In this document: positions 58,142-64,000 of the stretch, piece by piece
Layout of the letters: every line of letters begins with the position of its first letter
Position numbering within the stretch: the stretch's first letter is position 1
Source of the DNA: an uncultured Rubripirellula sp.
GTDB lineage: Bacteria > Planctomycetota > Planctomycetia > Pirellulales > Pirellulaceae
Assembly: GCA_938085445.1 (NCBI GenBank)
Contig: CALKGR010000001.1
Coordinates: 64,001-128,000 of the forward strand
DNA: 64,000 bases
Direction: 5' to 3'
Position numbers and translations under genes: made by a program
The notes under the pieces: model-generated
Told to the model about the DNA's origin: nothing
Databases searched by the model: none
Seen by the model: the letters and a program-made list of their open reading frames with translations, nothing else

Positions 58142-60049
58142 ATGTGCGGAATAACAGGAGCAGTCTGGAGCGACCAGAAACAATCCATCGCTCCTGAAGT
58201 GCTTACCAGGATGACCAATGCCATCTCGCATCGTGGTCCTGACGATTCCCAAACCTGGATCGACACCTCCCAAAGGGACGCTTATGGCAATCACCTTGGT
58301 GTCGCCCTTGGTTTTCGACGCCTCAGCATCATCGATCTTGAGGGTGCACGGCAACCGATGTCCAACGAAGACGACACAGTTAAAATGGTCTTCAATGGTG
58401 AGATTTATAATTACCGGACGCTGCGAAGAAGGCTTGAGGGTCGCGGGCACCAGTTCGCAACAGATGGGGATGGTGAATCGATTCTGCACCTCTATGAGGA
58501 CTATGGTGCCGACTGCTTCAACCATCTCAATGGCATGTTTGCAATTGGCATCTGGGATGCGAAGCGAACACGATTTGTGCTGGCACGCGATCGCGTTGGA
58601 CAAAAACCTCTCTATTATGCGGTCAAAGATAACCGGCTTGTTTTCGGTAGCGAATTGAAATCGCTGGCGGCCGTCGAAGGGATCTGCGAGGAAATCGACC
58701 CCGCAGCGATTGATGAATTCTTGACTTATCAATACGTCCCTCATCCTGGAACCATCTGGAAAGGTGTTCGAAAATTAGCACCAGGGCACATGGCCATCTA
58801 TGAAAATGGCCAATTGGCTGTCCATCGCTACTGGAATTTTGATCCTTCCGTAGAAAAACCGATTGACGGGGAAACTGCCTGCGAGCACCTCCGGGAACTG
58901 TTGACCGATTCTGTAAAAATACGAATGCAAAGTGATGTGCCACTGGGTGCATTCCTGTCGGGAGGAATCGATTCATCATTGATTACTGCGATTGCTAACG
59001 AGCACTGTGATTCATCGATCCGCACATTCAGCATCGGCTTTCCGGTTGCAGATTTTGACGAGACTGCTTACGCAGCTGAGGTTGCCAAACACCTCGGAAC
59101 CCAACACCAAAGATTTGAGGTGATGCCCAGTGGGGTGGATGTAATTGACAAACTGGTATGGCATTACGACGAACCATTTGGTGATTCATCAGCTGTTCCA
59201 ACGTGGTACCTCTCGGAACTCACAAAATCTGAAGTCACCGTGGCTCTCTCCGGTGACGGTGGGGATGAATTGTTTGCTGGATACGAGCGTTACCGTGCCT
59301 TATGGCTGAGCAATAAACTTCGAAGCCTATTTCCGGTTCACAAAATCCCAGGACTACAACTGATTCAAAAATTTCCTGACTCGAATCGCAGAAAATCGTT
59401 AGTGCGGCGTGGCAAGCGTTTTCTAGAAGCCTTGGACCAACCACCCGCAAGACGCTATTTGAACTGGCTCCAGATTTTCCCTGAATCGATAAGAGCTTCG
59501 ATCTACACCGACAGTTTCCTCGAAGCATTGCCGGGTGATGATCCCTTTGACTTCCTGGACTCAGCATGGACACGAAGTGCGGGCCGAGATTTGGTCACGC
59601 GCGCCTCCACTGCGGATATCCTCTCCTACCTGCCCTGTGACCTTTGCACGAAAGTCGACATAGCATCCATGGCTCACGGCTTAGAAGTGCGACAACCGCT
59701 ACTGGATCACCGAATTGTCGAGTTCGCGGCCTCGCTGCCAGTGAATCTGAAATTTCGTGGCAAGAGAGGCAAGCTGATCCTGCAGGATACATTCGGATCA
59801 ATGATTCCCAAATCAATTTTCACGCGAAAGAAAATGGGGTTTGGGATACCGATTGCCAACTGGTTTCGAGATGAACTCAAGCCCATGGTACATGACACCC
59901 TACTGGCACAAGACGCAAGGATCAGCCCCTACTTCCGACAGGAATCCATTGCCGAACTCGTCCGGGCCCATGAGACCAACGAGCAAAATCATGGATACAG
60001 GTTGTGGAACCTTCTGATTTTGGAAAAGTGGCTCCGCGAGTGGACCTAG
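58142..60049 (+). CDS. asnB: Asparagine synthase (glutamine-hydrolysing) family amidotransferase
   Basis: MCGI N-terminal Cys, HRGPD, RRLSIID, FNGEIYN, LSGGIDSS, SGDGGDELFAGY. Confidence 0.92.
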   Translation: MCGITGAVWSDQKQSIAPEVLTRMTNAISHRGPDDSQTWIDTSQRDAYGNHLGVALGFRRLSIIDLEGARQPMSNEDDTVKMVFNGEIYNYRTLRRRLEGRGHQFATDGDGESILHLYEDYGADCFNHLNGMFAIGIWDAKRTRFVLARDRVGQKPLYYAVKDNRLVFGSELKSLAAVEGICEEIDPAAIDEFLTYQYVPHPGTIWKGVRKLAPGHMAIYENGQLAVHRYWNFDPSVEKPIDGETACEHLRELLTDSVKIRMQSDVPLGAFLSGGIDSSLITAIANEHCDSSIRTFSIGFPVADFDETAYAAEVAKHLGTQHQRFEVMPSGVDVIDKLVWHYDEPFGDSSAVPTWYLSELTKSEVTVALSGDGGDELFAGYERYRALWLSNKLRSLFPVHKIPGLQLIQKFPDSNRRKSLVRRGKRFLEALDQPPARRYLNWLQIFPESIRASIYTDSFLEALPGDDPFDFLDSAWTRSAGRDLVTRASTADILSYLPCDLCTKVDIASMAHGLEVRQPLLDHRIVEFAASLPVNLKFRGKRGKLILQDTFGSMIPKSIFTRKKMGFGIPIANWFRDELKPMVHDTLLAQDARISPYFRQESIAELVRAHETNEQNHGYRLWNLLILEKWLREWT

Positions 60050-60050
60050 A

Positions 60051-60731
60051 TCAGACTGGTTGTCCGGCAGATTCCGAAGGTGAACGCAACTTTCGTTCGC
60101 GTCTACGAATCGCAACACCAAACATGGTGGAACTGGTCATTAACGCTAGGAAACCACCAACCGTCACTACGCCCAACACTGCCAGTCGCTGCGTGACCTC
60201 GGTGTTCTTCCAGGCTTCCAACATCGAGTCGCGTTCTGATTCAGTAATCTGAATTTCCACAGCATCCTCATACTGTGTCGTTCCTCCAACCATCACCTCA
60301 CCAGAATATCGTCGCTGCGTAAGCTCCTCATCGAATCGTTTGTCACTGACCTGATAAAAGCCAGCACTTCCAAATGTCCCCACGACGTTGTCGATGAAAG
60401 TTGACAAAGCTGCACTTCGCATCAGTTTCAATTCTTGCACACTTTCATCTCGCGTTTCGCACGGCCCTGACACTACCACAAACGTTGCCACGTTATCTCG
60501 TTCTTGCACCGGATTGCTAATCCACTCTGGACGACTCTCTGGGTAAACAACATGGTCAAGCGGCGGCACAGACAACTCTTTCAGATCCTGATCGACCTCC
60601 GCTAGCTGATCATTCACTCTTTCATCGCTAACCTTGGCTGCCTTCTCATCTGCCACTGACATTCCAGACGTGCACCCAAGCAGAACAACTGCTGCCAACA
60701 GCAGTCGTCTCTTAAGATAATACTCATACAT
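60051..60731 (-). CDS. Exported protein with C-terminal membrane anchor
   Basis: Signal-like N-terminus; hydrophobic LAVLGVVTVGGFLAL followed by RRRERK; overlaps the kinase stop by 8 bp. Confidence 0.7.
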   Translation of the reverse strand: MYEYYLKRRLLLAAVVLLGCTSGMSVADEKAAKVSDERVNDQLAEVDQDLKELSVPPLDHVVYPESRPEWISNPVQERDNVATFVVVSGPCETRDESVQELKLMRSAALSTFIDNVVGTFGSAGFYQVSDKRFDEELTQRRYSGEVMVGGTTQYEDAVEIQITESERDSMLEAWKNTEVTQRLAVLGVVTVGGFLALMTSSTMFGVAIRRRERKLRSPSESAGQPV

Positions 60732-63093
60732 TGCTGGTTCCTCCTGCCGTTACGCCGACAATATTTCCCGCTGCATGCTGATTTTTGGGGCTGCCATGTT
60801 GGATCGCTTTACGATTGACCCACGGTGCTGAAAGTTGAACAGCGATTGCGATTCCTCCCGCTGCCATGATCCCGATCGCTCCTGGGATCGGCATGAATTG
60901 ATGCACTGCCCAACCGACAAGGACAGCGACCGCCACTGACCATACACTGAGGCGTTTTCGACGCAGAGGATCAACGGGCTTCCACCAGCGCAACACTGCA
61001 AACAGCAACGCAAAATGTGTCACAAATGCTGATACAGTTGGGATTCCTTCTGGATAAAGGCTTGGTGAAAGGCTGGTTGAATCCAAATCCCTGACCAACG
61101 CTCCATCCAGCGGGATCATCAAAAACTCACCCGTCACAAAAGCAAGATAACCGACCGCGGCTCCCACACCAGCCAAGGCCAGTCGACGGGCCAGTGGCTC
61201 GCCGTCATCACACTCCCACAATTTCCCCAAACTCAAAATTGCAAAGGTAGCACCTAGCACAATGATCGCCAGCCATGCGTAGATCGCGATTGATTGGGCG
61301 GGTACGGGTTCATTGTAAAATCGAATTGCTCCTGCCGCCCCTGCCAAGCCGATGGCTGAAAGCGTTGCAGCAATCCACGATGTATTCAACTCAGCCAGTC
61401 GGTTCAATCGCGGCTTGGCACGGAGTTCATTGCGTACGCCGCTGGCCCAAGCGACAGGTGAAACGACTCTACGTTGCGGAGCGTATTGAACCGCCAGGCG
61501 TTGCGCCTCTGCGTATTTTGGTTGTCGCTTCGATTGCAAGACCATCTTCCAGATCACGTAATACGGGACATAAACACACGCGATCAAAGTCAACAACGGC
61601 ACCAACCAGCCGACATTCACAAAGAACAGGATACCAACGACCAACCCGAGGGCAGTCTTTTCATATGGTCCAGCCAAGGAACCATTGCCACTGAACCAGC
61701 GACTAAAATCGTGCCAACTTGTCTGCACAGCTCTCGCAACCGGCTCATCAAATAGAGCATCCTGATCTTTCTGTTGCCCATCTTTCGGCGTGTTCCCTGC
61801 ATCAACGGAGTGGGCAACCAAAATCGCGTCAATCGGCTCTGATTGCAGCGACGCAGCACCCAAGCCTGAATGACCATTCGTCGGCTCAGAACCTTGCTGC
61901 TCCCAGGATGCACCTCCAATATCTTCAAGTGAAGCCAGCATTTCTGCCACGGAAGCAAAACGTTTGCTCGGATCCTTCTCCAAACAGCGAGCAATCGTTG
62001 AACGGCAAGGATCCGCGATACCGCTCAGATCCGGCGTTGCGGTCAAATGCTTGACAATGATCTCGTGACAACTCTCGCCATCAAACGGAACTCGACCAGT
62101 CAATAATTCAAAAAGCAGAACCCCAAGGGCATAAATATCAATTTCGCGGCCGTACTGGCCCCGGCCAATTTCGGGTGCCATGTAATGAAAGGTCCCGACA
62201 CTCTCTGTATGACCACCACGATGAGACGTCGAAATGAATTTGCTTAGACCGTAATCCCCAACTTTAACCTGACCCAAGTCATCAAAGATATTGCCAGGTT
62301 TAAGATCCCGGTGCACGAGGCCTGCACAATGCAAATGGTGAACACCAGCCCCGATCCCCTGTATCCAGCGTTTGGCCTCTATTATCGACAAGCCATCCGG
62401 AGACTCGTCAAGAATTTGCCTTAGATTGAGCCCAGCCACATATTCCATAACAACCCATGACTCATCCTTGGAGTCACGACAAATGTCAAACAAGGCAACA
62501 AGATTAGGATGTTTCAAATTCAAACATTGCGAAACACCACGGAGTTCGATTTCAAGGTTGCGTTGAATTCGCTTCAGCGCAACCTCCTTCCCAGCATCAC
62601 TGAGAGCAAAGTAAACCTCCCCAAAGCCACCCATGCCTACACCACGACAAATCGTGTAGGGCGGCAGAGGTGTCGATCCGGGGGAATACGTAAATGTCAT
62701 CGATCGAGTCGTTGAATCACTAGCCTGTGTTTCCCCTAGCCAAACTTCATCGTGACCTGAGCGTTGAGAGGAATCAGCGTCACTCAAATTAAGACTTCTA
62801 TCACCAAAATCAGAAGCCGCATCAAATCCATCCTGGCCGAAATCCATCTCAGCGCTCGAACTTTGGTCGACCACCTGATTTGCCGATAAGGGCGGGTTCT
62901 TTGGACCCTCCTTCAGTTTAGCCAGTAGTGTATTCATTAATCGAGGTTTCCGAGGAGATTGATCCAGAGTGTTCTTCTCTGGGACGACATTTCCCACTCT
63001 GTTCAAGGCAATAGCTGAATCCGGCATGGGCGCAGAACTTTCACCCGACTTCGGCAGTTTTGGTGTATTTGTTTGTTTTGCGGCGTTCTTCAT
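60724..63093 (-). CDS. Ser/Thr protein kinase with polytopic membrane C-terminus
   Basis: GMGGFGEVY, VALK, HRDLKPGN, DYGLSK, GTFHYMAPE; many TM helices. ATG 63093 overlaps the upstream TGA (ATGA). Confidence 0.92.
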   Translation of the reverse strand: MKNAAKQTNTPKLPKSGESSAPMPDSAIALNRVGNVVPEKNTLDQSPRKPRLMNTLLAKLKEGPKNPPLSANQVVDQSSSAEMDFGQDGFDAASDFGDRSLNLSDADSSQRSGHDEVWLGETQASDSTTRSMTFTYSPGSTPLPPYTICRGVGMGGFGEVYFALSDAGKEVALKRIQRNLEIELRGVSQCLNLKHPNLVALFDICRDSKDESWVVMEYVAGLNLRQILDESPDGLSIIEAKRWIQGIGAGVHHLHCAGLVHRDLKPGNIFDDLGQVKVGDYGLSKFISTSHRGGHTESVGTFHYMAPEIGRGQYGREIDIYALGVLLFELLTGRVPFDGESCHEIIVKHLTATPDLSGIADPCRSTIARCLEKDPSKRFASVAEMLASLEDIGGASWEQQGSEPTNGHSGLGAASLQSEPIDAILVAHSVDAGNTPKDGQQKDQDALFDEPVARAVQTSWHDFSRWFSGNGSLAGPYEKTALGLVVGILFFVNVGWLVPLLTLIACVYVPYYVIWKMVLQSKRQPKYAEAQRLAVQYAPQRRVVSPVAWASGVRNELRAKPRLNRLAELNTSWIAATLSAIGLAGAAGAIRFYNEPVPAQSIAIYAWLAIIVLGATFAILSLGKLWECDDGEPLARRLALAGVGAAVGYLAFVTGEFLMIPLDGALVRDLDSTSLSPSLYPEGIPTVSAFVTHFALLFAVLRWWKPVDPLRRKRLSVWSVAVAVLVGWAVHQFMPIPGAIGIMAAGGIAIAVQLSAPWVNRKAIQHGSPKNQHAAGNIVGVTAGGTSNV

Positions 63094-63668
63094 GCCTGCT
63101 CCAGCGTCATCGCGAGTGATTGAATCACAACTCGGCAACCCACTTCGAGCCTTTGAAAATCACCTAAAACACCAGCCTTGGCATACCACTGGTTCTCTTT
63201 CAATTGCAGGATGGCCCGATCACTGGCGTCACGACACCGCAGATGACAATCGGCACCTGAACCGACGAGAATCGTCTCACGCACTAACACCACACCATCC
63301 ACGTGTTGGTCAAAGCGATGAGGACCAGCCAGAGAGAGAACGGCTGTATCCGAAAGTTGGCTTGGTTTTCCCAATGTCATCAGAGCAGATCCCTGAACCG
63401 GAACTTGAGAACCATCAGTCAGCAAAATCTGTTGATCCTCTGCACTTTGTCCTTGCCAAAAATAATCGGCCCCTCGCCGCGAGATTTGACCTGCCAAACC
63501 AGGCCAGTCAGCCTGAACACAAATGTCTGCAGTGCTTAACGGCCTCACTCCCCCAACACTCCATTGCACTCCCGTTACCAGCAAATAACCACCACAACCA
63601 TCGACCCACAATCTCCAGCGTGATACTGGATTTTGATGATTTTTCGGTTGGGACTTGATTACCGACAC
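63090..63668 (-). CDS. FHA-like beta-sandwich protein
   Basis: LWVDGCGGYLL, ETILVGSGADCHLRC; translationally coupled to the kinase. Confidence 0.55.
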   Translation of the reverse strand: MSVIKSQPKNHQNPVSRWRLWVDGCGGYLLVTGVQWSVGGVRPLSTADICVQADWPGLAGQISRRGADYFWQGQSAEDQQILLTDGSQVPVQGSALMTLGKPSQLSDTAVLSLAGPHRFDQHVDGVVLVRETILVGSGADCHLRCRDASDRAILQLKENQWYAKAGVLGDFQRLEVGCRVVIQSLAMTLEQA

Positions 63669-63728
63669 GGATCAGCCTGCTGTGTCAGGAAGGAAAAAAT
63701 GAGCGAAGATGAGTGCAACAAATTCACA

Positions 63729-63998
63729 TCAGTCGATCTGAATGGCAACGAGAGATTCAGATTGCGTACCTTGTGATCCCTCGAAGTACGAAGAAATCTC
63801 ATTGAGCAGATTTTCATCGTTCGGCTCATCTAGGTCAATTTCACTGAAATACTCAGCGTCGATACTCATTGTCTCCTCCTCAACATCAATCCTGGTGGCA
63901 ATATCGTCTAATAACTCACGAGTGCGGGCCAACTGACTATCATCCAAATTGAGTTGGCTGCTTGTTTGTGCAACGCGCAACGCTCCCACGCGAGCTTG
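63729..63998 (-). CDS. C-terminal part of a coiled-coil protein (possibly PspA/IM30-like), truncated by the window edge
   Basis: Frame open to the edge; heptad-like DDSQLARTRELLDDIATRIDVEE and acidic tail. Confidence 0.45.
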   Translation of the reverse strand, partial: QARVGALRVAQTSSQLNLDDSQLARTRELLDDIATRIDVEEETMSIDAEYFSEIDLDEPNDENLLNEISSYFEGSQGTQSESLVAIQID

Positions 63999-64000
63999 CA

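Noticed and set aside
1..64000. tRNA, rRNA, tmRNA, transposase, integrase or phage genes
   Set aside because: No signatures recognised by eye; tRNAscan and cmscan runs would be needed to exclude them formally

Overview
64 kb of bacterial chromosome, very probably a planctomycete of the Pirellulaceae type. This is inferred from the DUF1549/DUF1553 cytochrome plus DUF1501 pair, the ECF-sigma/Ser-Thr-kinase pair, PQQ-like propellers, DUF1080 and an extended CsrA. About 52 genes are densely packed. Housekeeping and metabolic genes include dnaE2 (partial), lpxB, panD, hemB, glgA-galT-GH57, dapL, rpsT, cobA/hemD, mobA, moeA and asnB. I saw no rRNA, tRNA, CRISPR array or transposase. Highlights: (1) a clear c-di-GMP-I riboswitch heading a three-gene Tad-like operon that lies between mobA and moeA; (2) a secreted Cys-rich EPACG-repeat protein preceded by a ~310-nt, densely base-paired non-coding region (candidate new structured RNA); (3) a non-canonical type II fatty-acid cassette (FabZ, ACP with a large insertion, His-less FabZ, FabF) in a same-strand run with panD, a DMT transporter, a CxxC pseudo-receiver and two beta-propeller envelope proteins; (4) several atypical signalling proteins. 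All calls come from reading motifs by eye; no database searches were run.
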